Counted from the stretch's first letter, positions 13,490 to 26,397 are shown. The stretch is DNA of 64,000 nucleotides from Octopus vulgaris (GCA_951406725.2 OX597815.1:206708001-206772000); one strand, 5' to 3'. Notes: generated by a model not told the origin, from the sequence alone. A program made the numbers and translations.

Positions 13490-13760
13490 ATCATCATCAT
13501 TATCATCATCATCGTCGTCATCATCATCACCACCATCATCACCACCATCTTCTCCTTCTCCTCCTCCTCCTCCTTCTTCTTCTTCTTCTTCTTCTTCTTC
13601 TTCTTCTTCATCATCATCATTATCATCATCATCATTATCATCATCATCGTCGTCATAATCATCACCACCATCACCATCATCGTCATCTTCTCCTTCTTCT
13701 TCTTCTTCTTCTTCTTCTTCTTCTTCTTCTTCTTCTTCTTCTTCTTCTTCTTCTACTTCT
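13455..13760. repeat. (TTC)n/(ATC)n trinucleotide tracts in the PLE 3' UTR
   Basis: Alternating TTC and ATC/ACC blocks with an internal duplication; the decayed copy has a matching GAA-rich tract at ~6385-6440. Confidence 0.9.
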
Positions 13761-14114
13761 CCACCCCCTACCCCTTAACTTTGTCACTAATGTTTTTTAG
13801 TATAACACCTACGCTAATTCTATAAACAAGCCTGTCAATATAAATATTCTCCTGAATTGAACTGAGACTGCCAGCCGCCACTGACCATTCAAAATACGAC
13901 CATCAGGGCACTCCCAGATTCTCCCACCCCCTTTCCTCACCAGCCTTCTTCCTCTACTACCCTACCAAGAACTCACAACGACCTCCAACACACAAGTGCA
14001 AACAAGGGAGTCAGAGAAAGGCAGAATGCCACTTAAATCTGAACACTACTATAGAAATATTCTTTTAAAAAAACTTTTCTTCTAATTTTTCTAAATTTAA
14101 TTATTTAATCGTTA

Positions 14115-14152
14115 CAGTTGAAAAGGTCTCAAAATGACCGAAACCGGTACTG
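14115..14152 (+). ncRNA. Minimal type-I hammerhead ribozyme (U3:A8 core variant)
   Basis: CAG-TTGAAAA-GGTC(TCAAAAT)GACC-GAAA-C(CG)G-TA-CTG: stem I CAG/CTG, 4-bp stem II, palindromic stem III ACCGGT, GUA triplet with predicted cut after 14149. Confidence 0.75.
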
Positions 14153-14201
14153 AAATGTTCACTATAAAATTATTTTAGCATTTTCTATTTTTGACTTGTT
14201 T

Positions 14202-14258
<57 letters not shown>

Positions 14259-14627
14259 TGTGTGTGTGTGCGTGTGCCTGCGTGTGTGCGCGCGTATGGG
14301 TCGGTTCTTTTGGTCAAAGATGCCAAGATATCAAAAACTGTCCAAGTAAAGTAGAACAGTTTTGCTAGGGAATGTTGAAACTACTGTTTCGTTTTCTGAA
14401 AAAAGCAACATTTTGGACTTGCGACACTTTTGCATAATACCAACAATATGTATTAATGAAAGAGTGACGTGTTGATGTCTGTACCTCCGTGCAGAACAAA
14501 TATATAAGAACTGACTTGAAAATCACGATTTTTTCACGGCTTTTTATAATTAGTTTTCCCACCTTGTTTCATCTGACGCCGATCAACAGAGACAAAAGAT
14601 ATATAAATGCAACCCTACCCACATATA

Positions 14628-14984
14628 CTCTCTCTTTTACTCTTTTACTCTTTTACTTGTTTCAGTCATTTGACTGCGGCCATGCTGAAGCACCACCTTT
14701 TAGTACTTATTCTATCGGTCTCTTTTTGCCGAACCGCTAAGTGACGGGGACCTAAACACACCAGCATCGGTTGTCAAGCAATGCTAGGGGGACAAACACA
14801 GACAAACAAACACACGCATACATATATATATACATATATACGACAGGCTTCTTTCAGTTTCCGTCTACCAAATCCACTCACAAGGCATTGGTCGGCCCGG
14901 GGCTATAGCAGAAGACACTTGCCCAAGATGCCACGCAGTGGGACTGAACCCGCAACCGTGTGGTTGGTTAGCAAGCTACTTACC
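14628..14984 (-). mobile_element. SINE family 1 copy (short deletion, head clipped)
   Basis: Colinear with 8596-9035. Confidence 0.9.
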
Positions 14985-15582
14985 GAACACATTCTTTTAA
15001 GCAAATTCCACTTACAGTTTATTGGTTAACCTAAGAATATGACAGCAGACCCTTGCCCAAGTAGTCGTGAAGTAGGATCGAAACCTAAGCAACAGAGTTT
15101 CAAAGTGAATTCTTATCCATGCAATCACACCTTTCTGTATGACATAGTAAATCATGCGTCGCTAAATAACTTTTACTTAGTTTAATAGACAGAACGCAGT
15201 GTGAAGTAGAAACTTGTCTGTGCAATTGCTAGAACATAAATTGCAAATGTATCGTCTTCATCAATGATATTACAACGCCGACTTTTTGTTTTTGCACGTA
15301 CCTGTTGTGTGTGTCACACTTACTTCTTTGAAGGGGCAAAGCAAGAGACAGGAGGAGAGAGAGAGGAAGTAAGAGGGAAGGAGTGAGGGAGTGAGAGAGT
15401 GTGAGAGAGAGGAAGTGAGAGAGAAGGAGAGAGGGAGTGAGAGAGTGTGAAAGAGAAAGAGAGAGTGTGAGAAAGAATGAGAGAGTGTGAAAGAAACATC
15501 AGTAGTGGCGGCGTTCGTTCTGTGTTTTTAATGTTTCAGAGAGGAAGTAAAAAAGACGGAAAGAAAGTGAGAAAAAGTGAAA

Positions 15583-15629
<47 letters not shown>

Positions 15630-16123
15630 AGGGACAGTAAGTGGTGATGGTGTTCGTTTTGTGTTTTTACGTGTTTGTCACATCGCAAGATAAGTAGATA
15701 CATAGATACATATACTCATTGTTAAATTTAAAGTGGGAGAGAAGAAGGATACAAAGGATATCAAAGGGAAAGAGAGAAAGAGAGAGAGAGACAATTCATG
15801 CATAGATACATGGACACAGTAAATATTGGCTGTCAGTTTCACTTTCATTATCACACGAGAATAAAATTAACTCATAAATGGCTGAATACTCCACAGCTAC
15901 AACTCGAGACATATATATATATATACATGAATGTATTCGCGTGTGTGCATCGTATATTTAGTTAAAACATGTTTGCAATAATATGCGTCTCGTGGTAGAA
16001 ATAAACGCAATTACCAAACTTTCATTCATAAATCCATTTATTATTTCTTTCTTTTGCATTGCAATTTGTGCATTTGTACCCAGAAATTTTCAACAACTGC
16101 ATGCCAGAAGAAATGGAAAAAAA

Positions 16124-16373
16124 ATCCCAGAATTAAAAGTGATGCAAATATTCCATTCACACTAAACGGATTTCAGTTTCCACTTCGACTTGCATATTCA
16201 ATGACAATTAATTAGGCTCAAGGGCAAACATTTGGAAAAGTTGGAATACATTTGCCTCAACCGGTATTTTCTCAATGGCCAATTATATGTCGCATTTTCA
16301 AGAACACGAGCTATGAACAATATCGAAGTAAGAGTTATATATACAAAATATTGTCTACCATGAAGTACTGTGA
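16124..16373 (+). pseudogene. Helitron PIF1-helicase C-terminal relic
   Basis: Translates to IPFTL..FQFPLRLAYSMTIN*AQGQTFGKVGIHLPQPVFS/GQLYVAFSR...NIVYHEVL* (PIF1 motifs V-VI) with a stop and a frameshift; surrounding ~15200-16545 is probably the same Helitron remnant. Confidence 0.85.
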
Positions 16374-16552
16374 GGAAGACCACCGCACCAGCTAGCATCA
16401 TCAGCAGACCAGCCGCTCCATCATTACTCATCCACATTACACATTTAAGATTGGGGAACCAGTTAGGGGGGCCGCTGGATCTCTCTCGGCATACCAGCAA
16501 ACCACAAAATCGCCCCAGCCAGCATCACCACTACCTCCAAGCCCGTCATATA

Positions 16553-16836
16553 TATGTGTATGTATGTATGTATGTATGTATGTATGTATGTATGTATGTA
16601 TGTATGTATGTATGCATGTATGTATGTATGTATGTAGGTATGCATGTATGTATGTATGTATGTATGTATGTATGTATGTATGTATGTATGTATGTATGTA
16701 TGTATGTATGTATGTATGTATGTATGTATGTATGTATGTATGTATGTGTGTGTATGTATGTATGCGTGCATGTATGTATATATGTATGTATGTATGTTTG
16801 TATGTATGTATGTATGTATGCATGCATGTATGTATG

Positions 16837-16870
<34 letters not shown>

Positions 16871-16880
16871 TGTATGTGTA
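16553..16880. repeat. (TATG)n microsatellite
   Basis: Direct reading; followed by the 3' half of a family-1 SINE (16881-17040). A similar tract lies at ~19300-19590. Confidence 0.95.
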
Positions 16881-17390
16881 TGTGCGTTTGTCCCACCACC
16901 AGCATTGCTTGACAACCGATGTTGGTGTGTTTGCATCCCTGTAATTTAGCTGTTCAGCAGGTTCTGATAGAATAAGCACCAGGCTTACAGGAAATAATAA
17001 GTGCAGGGATCTATTTCTTCGACTAAAGGGTGGTGCTCCTGAGTTACATACGAACCCAAGGTTATGGATTGGCAGAACTGTTAGGGTGTCGGGCGGGTCA
17101 CCGTGTAGAGTCCGTATAAGCCCTTTGTGTTCCGATAGCAATGCTTGCGACGAAACTGCCTCCATGCTGTATGGGTCTTAAGGCGGCAAAGCTTCCATTG
17201 GACAGTTTCCAGTAGCCTGGAAAGGGAACTCATGCATTCATGGGCAATTGCTAGTCTTCCTTGCCCAGGCCTACATGTGTAGATGTAGACACATAGTGAC
17301 CCACATGACCGAAGAAGGCCTTACATAATCGCGAAGAAAAAAACGCCCATACCCATTTTCGTAGACACTAGCTTAAGTCATCCTGTGTTA

Positions 17391-17638
17391 TTAAAACATG
17401 TTCCTTCTCGAGCCATGCCAGGCTCATAGGGGCCGGTTTCCCGATTTCAGTGGCGTAGAAATTCCCCACCTGGACGGGTCCGTCGCAGAATTACTCATCT
17501 TTGCCAGCTGAGTGAACTGGAGCAACGTGAAGTTAAGTGTTTTGCTCAAGAACACAGCGCATCGCCCGGTCCAGGAATCGAAACCACAACCTTACGATCA
17601 TGAGTTCAACACCCTAACAACTAAGCCACGCGCCTCCA
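17391..17638 (-). mobile_element. tRNA-derived SINE family 4
   Basis: Minus strand TGGAGGCGCGTGGCTTAGTTGTTAGGG...GGTTTCGATTCC, CORE-like TTCTTGAGCAAAACACTTAAC; 12-bp TSD CATCCTGTGTTA (17379-17390 / 17639-17650). Confidence 0.85.
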
Positions 17639-17690
17639 CATCCTGTGTTAGTCATGTAAAGGAGACTTCGCTGAACCTGTTTTTCCAAAG

Positions 17691-17893
17691 CTCTTTTACT
17701 CTTTTACTCTTTTACTTGTTTCAGTCATTTGACTGCGGTCATGCTGGAGCACCGCCTTTAGTCGAGCAACTCGACCCCGGGACTTATTCTTTTTGTAAGC
17801 CCAGTACTTATTCTATCGGCCTCTTTTTGCCGAACCGCTAAGTGACAGGGACGTAAACACACCAGCATCGGTTGTCCAGCAATGCTAGGGGAA

Positions 17894-17963
<70 letters not shown>

Positions 17964-18127
17964 CGACAGGCTTCTTTCAGTTTCCGTCTACCAAATCCAC
18001 TCACAAGGTATTGGTTGGCCCGGGGCTATAGTAGAAGACACTTGCCCAAGATGCCACGCAGTGGGACTGAACCCGGAACCATGTGGTTGGTTAGCAAGCT
18101 ACTTACCACACAGACACTCCTGCGCCT
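17691..18127 (-). mobile_element. SINE family 1, full length
   Basis: Colinear with 8596-9035. Confidence 0.93.
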
Positions 18128-18704
18128 GCCGACATTTTACATAAACCCTACTTGAATTAACTACGAATTATCCTAAATTCAGTGAGTTATTCTATGTTAA
18201 GATATAGCTGATGAATAGCATTAGCTTTTTAAGCTTTCCGTTAATTGCACGTATCGTACTAACCTTTCACTCCGAGGATCCTTGCAACCTAAAAAAAAGT
18301 TTTCTAATTTTAATTTTGTGGGGGAACATATTCGAAAAACGATACCTTCATTTAACTCTCCCCTCATTTCCTTCAAGTTTCTTTGTAAATATCAAAATTC
18401 AGTTAGTTTAATGGTGTGAGTTTAAATTTTCCCCTTTCTCATGACTAGCGCCTTAAGGAAATTTGATATCAAATGCTAAAATATTTCCTGCTGTAAGAAG
18501 AGACTGGGTGCATTGCAGTACGCCCATTTGGACGATGCTTATAAGACCAAGCGGTTGCACTCAGGATACTTTTGAGTACAGTCACCCTCGCATCATAGAG
18601 GCGCGTCCAGTTGCTTCTCTCTACAACCCTCTCTCTCTCTCACACACATACACACATACACACATACATACCTGGAGACGGATGGACCCACTAAGTTTTA
18701 AATC

Positions 18705-18935
18705 CTATTTCTTTATTAGCCACAACGGGCTAAAGATAGAGGGAACAAACAAGGACAGACATAGGTATTAAGTCGATTACATCGACCTCAGTGCGAAACT
18801 GGTGCTTTATTTATCGACCCCGAAAGGATGAAAGGCAATGTCGACCTCGGCGGAATTTGAACTCAGAACGTAACGACAGACGAAATACCGCTAAGCATTT
18901 CGCCCGGCGTGCTAACGTTTCTGCCAGCTCGCCGC
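18705..18935 (-). mobile_element. tRNA-derived SINE family 2, full length
   Basis: Minus strand GGCGGCGAGCTGGCAGAAACGTTAG...GAGTTCAAATTCC...GCCTTTCATCCTTTCGGGGTCGATAAAT..., AAAGAAATAG tail; head fragment repeated at 19015-19093. Confidence 0.9.
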
Positions 18936-20599
18936 CCCCTCGTCTTCAATTCTCTGCCATGATCACAATTGTTTCTATTCCCTGATAAGGCATCGACTAT
19001 AGTCTATAATTATATTTTCAGAACGTAACGACAGACGAAATACCGCTAGGCATTTCGCCCGGCGTACTAACGATTCTGCCAGCTCGTCGCCTTATAAATC
19101 CTCAAACACACCTCAAGACGGTGTCCCTACAATTCCATCAGAATTATAAGTGCGCCCAAGGAAATATGTATATATACGGGTGGGGGGTGGGGGGTGGGGG
19201 GCGCTAAAAAGTTCCTGGCTTTGGGTAAAATATAATACAGAAGGATCAGCTAATATCAGCTAATCATGTGTGTTTATATATACAGATGTATATATATGTA
19301 GTTATATGTATGTATGTATATATTTATATATGTATGTGTATGTATGTATGTATGTATGTATGTGTGTATGTATGTATGTTTGTATGTATGTATGTATGTG
19401 GTGTGTGTGTGTATGTATGTTTGTATGTATGTATGTATGTATGTATGTATGTATGTATGTATGTATGTATGTTTGAATGTATGTATGTATGTATGTATGT
19501 ATGTATGTATGTATGTATGTGTATGTATGTATGTATATATGTATGTGTGTGTATGTATGTATGTATATATGTATGTATGTATGTGTGTGTGAGTAATGTT
19601 GAGAATGTGTGCATAGCTACGTATGAGGAATTAATTGATGATTTCTCACAAATGTTATAACATCCAAAGCTAAAGATTTTACAAAAAAATGAATAGAATT
19701 GTTAAAAAAACAACAAAAAAAACTAGTGGATATATTTCCTAGTTTTCATATCATCATTATTTTTACATCAATAAAAATTTTTCAAAATAAATTATAATCT
19801 ATGAATTTAATGTTGACAAATTTTTCTCAACAAAACCTAACGATTGCTTGTAGTCAAGTAGAACCCCGCCATTCGCCCGCACTTGCCCAGGATGTGCATG
19901 GATGATTACTCTTGAAATCAAGTTTCTTAGAGAGTAACAGGATTTGCAAATATTTATATAGATGTATTGGTATCAGTATATTTTATTATCCAAATATCTT
20001 CAACTGTTTATATAAACCTATCGTATTGCTAGTGCTTTTTTCTTTTTAGATCGTATGGGCAAATAAATAGAAGGTATCATTACAAATGATGAAAGAAGGT
20101 GGGAGATCTTCCTGATAGGATCACCGTATTTTCTTTAACAAAATTTATTCATAATAACAAGGTAGGTTACTAAGATAACGAGTAAAAGTCACATGGAATA
20201 CTTGTGGCATATGTTTTCAGATTATTGTATATATTTGATGAGGATGTTCAAAGCATATAAAAAATTTAGAAAATATTATTCAAAGCTAACAGAAAGAAAC
20301 GTTCTTAGCTTCTTTTCAAAATCAAAGATAGTGGCAGGTTTCCTTTTATCTAGCCGCTTTGCTTTCGTATTTTCAGATTATAGTTGATATACATACACCT
20401 TTTCTGTGATTATCACTGATTGAAGCTTGAAGCAGGTAGTGAGAATAGATTGAGAAATAAAATTCAAGAACGAGGAACCCCCGCGTTAAATATCGCTAAA
20501 TAGCAAATAAACAACGATTGATTTACTGAAACATATATGTTCTGATAGTGAATGGAGGTTGACCAACAGACAAGATTTACTATCATTAAAAGGGTAGGT

Positions 20600-21640
20600 A
20601 AGGCGGTGATCTGGCAGAATCGTTTGCACGCTGGGCGAAATGCTTAGTGGTATTTCGTCTGCCGCTACGTTCTGAGTTCGAATTCTGCCGAGGTCGACTT
20701 TGCCTTTCGTTCTTTCGGGGTCGATAAACTAAGTACCAGTTGTGTGCTGGGGTCGATGTAATCGACTCTCCCTTCCCCAAATTTCCAGGCCTTGTGCCCA
20801 TAGTAGAAAAGATTATTAATAGGGTAGGTAAGGCGATGATCTGGGTAAAATGTTTAGCAGTACCGCGCCTGTGTCTACGTTCTGAGTTCAAATTTCGCCG
20901 AGGACGACTTTGCCTTTCATCCTTTCGGGGTCGGTAAAAATAAGTTCCCGTCAAGCAATGGAGTCGATGTAATCGGAAAATCCCCACCCTACACCCAAAT
21001 TTCAAGTCTTATTGTTATAGTAGAAAGAATGATCAATAGGGTATCAGAAGGCGTCAAGCCGAAAGAATCGTTAGCACTTTGAAAAAAATGCAAAGCTGCG
21101 TTTCTTCCGGTTCTTTACGTTCTTTGTACAACTTCTCCCCGTGTTCGACTTTACCTTTCATTCTTTCGGGGTCGATAACATAAATACCAGTTGAGTACTG
21201 GGGTCGATGTAATTGATTAACCTACCCCACCGGCTTGTTGGTCATGTACCAAAATCTGAAACCATTATTAGTATGATATTTAAGGCAGTGAATTGGAAGA
21301 TTCATTAGCACGCCGGGCAATGTGCTTAGCTGCATTTCGCCTGTCTTTAAGTTCTGAATTCAAATGACGCCGAAGTCGATCTTATCTTTCATCTGTTCGG
21401 GGTCGATAAAGTAAGTACCTGTGAACACACTGGGGGGTGTTGTAATCGACTTATCCCCTTACCTGAAATTGCTGAATTTGTGCCAAAATTTAAAATCATT
21501 ATTGATATTATATCGGTGGACTGGTACAATTGTTAGAGTAAGGATATAATGTCTTGCGGTATCTTTGATGGGTCTATGATTTCTGAGTTCAAATCCTACC
21601 AAGGACAGTTTTGCTTTTCAACCCTTCACACTCGATAAGA
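20600..21640 (+). mobile_element. Head-to-tail array of five SINE family 2 copies (~230-bp period)
   Basis: Units start near 20600, 20830, 21048, 21282 and 21512, each with an AAGGCG..head, GAGTTC.AAT B-box and TTCGGGGTCGATAA core. Confidence 0.85.
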
Positions 21641-21800
21641 CATACAATCATCTTAATGAAGAGTACATCGACGTGTCGTAAGATTATGTAGCTTTGGTCT
21701 CCCCTAGGAATGAAAAACAATATAGAACATTAGATATATCCATATCTACATATTGTAATTTTTGCCAGTTTAAAAATTTAACCTTATTATATTGAGATAT

Positions 21801-22110
21801 GTGGAGGCGCAATGAACCAGTGGTTAGGGCAGCGGACTCGCGGTCGTAGGATCGCGGTTTCGATTCCCAGACCGGGCGTTGTGAGTGTTTATTGAGCGAA
21901 AACACCTAAAAAGCTCCACGAGGCTCTGGCAGGGGGTGGTGATCCCTGCTGTACTCTTTCACCACTCTTTCTCCCACTCTTTCTTCTGTTGGCCTGCTCG
22001 CTTAGCCAGCGGGGTGGCGTCATTCGAAGTCTAAAAAACAATGCGAACGCATTGTGACCAGCGATGTGTAACTACATCTGATGGACTGGTCGGTCACGTG
22101 ATCACGTGAT
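21801..22110 (+). mobile_element. tRNA-derived SINE family 3
   Basis: GTGGAGGCGCAATG..CCAGTGGTTAGGGC..GGACTCGCGGTC..GGTTTCGATTCCC head, (TCACGTGA)2 tail; 12-bp TSD ATATTGAGATAT (21789-21800 / 22109-22120). Confidence 0.88.
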
Positions 22111-22189
22111 ATTGAGATATAAAACAACTAATATTATTAGCAAGTTCCGTAGTCACCTGATAGTATATTAGACAAATTAGACATTGGCG

Positions 22190-22565
22190 TAGGCGTAGGC
22201 GTGGCTGTGTGGTAAGAAGTTTGCTTTCCAACCACATGGTTCTGGGTTCAGTTCCACAGCAAGTGTCTACTACAATAGTCTCGGGTCGATTAAAGCCTTG
22301 TGAGTGGATTTGGTGGACGGAAACTTTAAGAAGCTTGTCGTATATATGCATCTATGTCTATGTGTGCTTGTCTTTGTGTCTGTGTTTATCTTCCCCCACT
22401 GCTTGACAATCGGTATTGTATTACGTACCAGTAACTTAGTGGCTCGGCAAAAGAGACCGATAAAATAAGAACTTGGCATAAAAAGTCCTGGGGGCGATTT
22501 GTTCGACTAAAACCTTTCAAGGTGGTGCCCCAGCATGGTCTCAGTCAAATGACTGAAACAAGTAA
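22190..22565 (+). mobile_element. SINE family 1, diverged copy
   Basis: Colinear with 35034-35473. Confidence 0.85.
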
Positions 22566-24005
22566 ATGTTACAAAATAAAAAAAAAATGGTTTTGCTACC
22601 CGGACACAGGATGTTAACAGTAGAACATTGTTCAGTTTTCGTGATTGGCTGATGCTTGTAGATGTTTATCAAATTTCCTTCAGACGATACCGTACCATCT
22701 TAAAGTGTGAGGATATGAAATAACGAAATCCCAAATAGCCCTCTTAACAAAGATGGATAATAATAGGTTTGATCGATCATTGTTGATCTGGAGCTATACA
22801 AGAAAACGAAGCAACAATCCCAATTGATCAGCTCAAAACAGATCTAGGGTTTAAAATTTCTCATAACATTGAATTTTGATTTTCTTTCACTTTTCTTTTC
22901 TCTAATACCCTCCTACACACTACACTCCACAAGCATATACATGTATATAAATTGCGACAACTCATATTTATAACTTCTTGGTAAGGTCACTGATAACAGC
23001 TGATGATAAAGTGGCATGTATAAATTACTCTACAAGAATGTTTGATATTACGTTAGGTGCGGCATCCCTGAGAAACTGAAATTAACATTCAGGATTTATA
23101 TATTACTATTGTGTGTAATAAATTTGTCACATCTGCGAAACAAAGTCGGACGCGTTTTCATCTGCTCTTTACATTGGTATTGTTGTTGCTGGTCCAAAAG
23201 CCAACATCGATCGGCCAAAACTATGAACAAAGATTTTGCAGCCGTGAAAAGTGTATCTAGTGATATATTAACCGATATGTTCTGCTATTTTTAAGACCAT
23301 AGAATAATTTGAGGTTGATATAGCTGTTATTTTCAGCAGGTTGTAGGTTAGCTATTTTCGGTTCAATTACAGTTAAGAAACTACTCGATGTACGTAGGTA
23401 ATAAAACTTGATATAAGCAGCACTAGATTGAAAGTAACGGAAGAATAAATAAATATACAGCGTTTTTTTTAGCAAGTCGCCTTTATTAGCAATTAGCTGT
23501 TCGTTCAATTAATGTCAGAAAAATTGCCCCTTTGTCAGAAGAAAGTAAATTTTGCCCTGATGTAGCAGCATGCGCAATACAAACACACACACATACACAC
23601 ACACATACACACTTACACACACGTACATATACACATTTGTGTGTTTGTAAACGTATCTAGGCATGTGTGTTTGCGTGTGTGAATGTGTGCACATTATACT
23701 CTACTGATTAATTAACATGTCTCTTTCTCGGTTAATGTTTTGTGTATGACGTCATCGTTTCGTATAAGGATGTTCAGTGGAGGCAAATGATATCAAGTTT
23801 CAGAATACAAATGCCTGACAATATTTTTTTCCTGTCAACTTTGAGTAGACCTTTCTTTTGATACACCGGGGGCTCATCATCAAGTCCTCTTAAATTTCAT
23901 TTTCCAAAAAATAAATTTGTAAATGAACAGCACAGACTGAGAAAAATTTGGTCTGTCTGAAGAAAGTTAATTATGAATCAACATGCTTTAAGATCATCAA
24001 ACATA

Positions 24006-24235
24006 GCTATTTCTTTACTACCCACAAGGGGCTAAACACAGAGAGGACAAACAAGGACAGACAAACGGATTAAGTCGATAACTTACCGCAGTGCGTAACT
24101 GGTACTTATTTAATCGACCCCGAAAGGATGAAAGGCAAAGTCGACCTTGGCGGAATTTGAACTCAGAACGTAGCGGCGAACGAAATACTGCTAAGCATTA
24201 CACCCGGCGTGCAAACGTGTCTGCCAGCTCGCCGC
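24006..24235 (-). mobile_element. SINE family 2 copy
   Basis: Colinear with 18705-18935 and 55414-55645. Confidence 0.9.
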
Positions 24236-25171
24236 TGGAATACAAAATATAAAGCAACATAGATTATGGAGCTTGCAAAAAAAGTCAAACATTTCAATAG
24301 ACAATGAAGAACTAGCTAAATGCAATATATCATTCTTGGTGAAGAAGCAGCTTTTCCATCGAAGGCGACTAATGTTGTGTGTACTATTTCTGATGTTCTG
24401 GTTTACAACTTCTGAAAATGAAAGAAGTTGTCGAAGAAATAATATGTGTTAAAAACTTGAAAGAGTGCTGAAAAGTTCCTGGCTTTAGGCAAAAGAAAGT
24501 AGAGGAGGATCAGTTAATTATAATTTTATTCAACACTAGCTTAAAAGCCGCACTCTGTGCGGACTTTTAAGCAAGCTTCTGTCGAGGGCTAATTAAGCCT
24601 GCAACCCAAAACTAAAGAGAGCTAAATAGCATGACTGTAATACGTCTTTAATGATTATATCACCCGGTCGTGTTTGATTAGAGGTTAATGACGGCTGAGA
24701 ATTAATTCTGTAATGCAATCATTCTATTGTTCCAATCTTAAGCTGAATTCCAACTGTTGACCAATTTGTCTCAAAGTTCTTATCTCGATGTGAAATTAAT
24801 GAAGTGAATATCATTTATTTCCCCATTGATGTCGGCTGTCATCTGACAAATACCAGCCAAGATGGCGTGAATCGGCTTTTAAATCAGATCGCAATGCTGT
24901 ATGTTCAAGAAACAAATGAAGGGATGATTTTCAATCCCGGGATCATCCTGATTCCAAAAAAGGTATAATATGTCTATGTTGAGCAAATGTAGGTTGAGAT
25001 ACAGGGGTCCCTGATGGACACGCAAAATTTCGGGTCTGATTGTATGAATCTCAGGGAGATTATCTATATTAATAATAATATAAATAATCTCCCTGAGATT
25101 CATACAATCAGGCCTTTCGCGATACTCTTAAAGTTAGGAAGTTTTCAGCCACCGTGTCGTGTATATGTATA

Positions 25172-25684
25172 TCTATATATATAAAACTGTAGTTGTGTGA
25201 GTGTCTGTCTCCTACGATTTAGATTCCTAACTACTCCCACATTTTGCGGTGCAGTTTAACCAAAAGCGGGTATCTTATAGTCGTGATTCATATCGAGCCC
25301 GTCTGAGTATTAGCGCGCGTCTACGATGAGTCTACGATTTTAAAAATAATTTAACATCATTTTTTATTCCATTTTAATGCATAATTTTTCGTGTGTCGAT
25401 GGCGGCGGAGTTGGCGTCCATGGTCACACCTGCACCTGTTTGCTTCTCCCCCTTCTTCCCTCCCTCGTGAAGCTGTTGGGAAGGGAGTGTAAGGAAATCA
25501 ACGTCATAAAGCGTTGTCAAGGAGACCAGCGTTCTTTTAGAACAACGACTTCATGGCTTGAAGACACCAAAACAGAAATGGCTAAGAAAGCCCGAATTGG
25601 CATCTATAAGGGAAGTAACTCTCTAAAAATGCTTATATAGTTATTTCCCTTACAAACCCGAGCAACGCCGGGCGATACTGCTAG
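25172..25684 (+). mobile_element. Non-autonomous Helitron (copy 1 of tandem pair)
   Basis: 5' TC after host A, 3' CTAG, subterminal hairpin CCCGAGCAACGCCGGG; no TSD. Confidence 0.88.
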
Positions 25685-26081
25685 TCTTTATATATAAAAG
25701 TCAAGTTGTGTGTCTGTCTCCTACGATTTAGATTCCTAACTACTCCCACATTTTGCGGTACAGTTTAACCAAAAGCGGGTATCTTATAATCGTGATTCAT
25801 ATCGAGCCCTTCTGGGTATTAGCCCGCGTCTACGATGAGTCTACGATTTAAGAAAAAAATTGTACATAATTTTTTTCCATTTTAATGCATTTTTTCGCTA
25901 TTATATAAGGGAAGTAACTCCCTAAAAATGTCTACGATGAGTCAACGATTTAAAAAAAATTTACCATCAATTTTTTTCCATTTTTAATGCATTTTTTGCT
26001 ATTTTTTGGCTATAGCTCTCTAAAAATGCTTATATAGATATTTCCCTTACAAACCCGAGCAACGCCGGGCGAAACTGCTAG
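25685..26081 (+). mobile_element. Non-autonomous Helitron (copy 2 of tandem pair)
   Basis: Starts TC immediately after the CTAG of copy 1; same 5' ~200 bp and 3' hairpin-CTAG followed by T; internal duplication. Confidence 0.88.
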
Positions 26082-26099
26082 TGTATATATATAAATATA

Positions 26100-26316
26100 T
26101 ATAGATATGAAATTTGCAGAAAAACAAAAGACGAAGACAGGTATGTAAACAACAAGATTTTTAAAAATTCTCTCTCTGTTTATTTGTTCGTGTTCCTTTC
26201 TGTTGAAGAGCGTAGGCTCGAAACATAAATGACTTCTTCACCTTCCTGAGCGTCAAACTATTACACCTGCTTGCTGTTTACATACCTGTCTTCGTTTTGT
26301 TTTTCTGTAAATTTCA
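26100..26316 (+). mobile_element. Family A PLE-type element with hammerhead relic (26196-26231) and 5' inverted end fragment
   Basis: CTTT-CTGTTGA-A-GAGC(GTAG)GCTC-GAAAC-ATA; ~26105-26155 is an inverted copy of the 3' end (~26270-26320); (TA)n follows. Confidence 0.65.
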
Positions 26317-26321
26317 TATAT

Positions 26322-26387
<66 letters not shown>

Positions 26388-26397
26388 ATATATGTAT

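Noticed and set aside
16370-17165. Long ORFs of YVCM/HTYI/IYIY type (also 19268-19660, 36742-37549, 44374-44778, 53497-54792, 59011-59494 and others)
   Set aside because: Translations of stop-free microsatellites; no domain content.
17041-17370. GC-rich block as a gene or ribozyme
   Set aside because: No recognisable motif on either strand; probably an old repeat fragment, unassignable by eye.
21801-21880. tRNA gene
   Set aside because: tRNA-like head continues into a SINE body with tail and TSD; no complete cloverleaf. The same applies to the other SINE heads.
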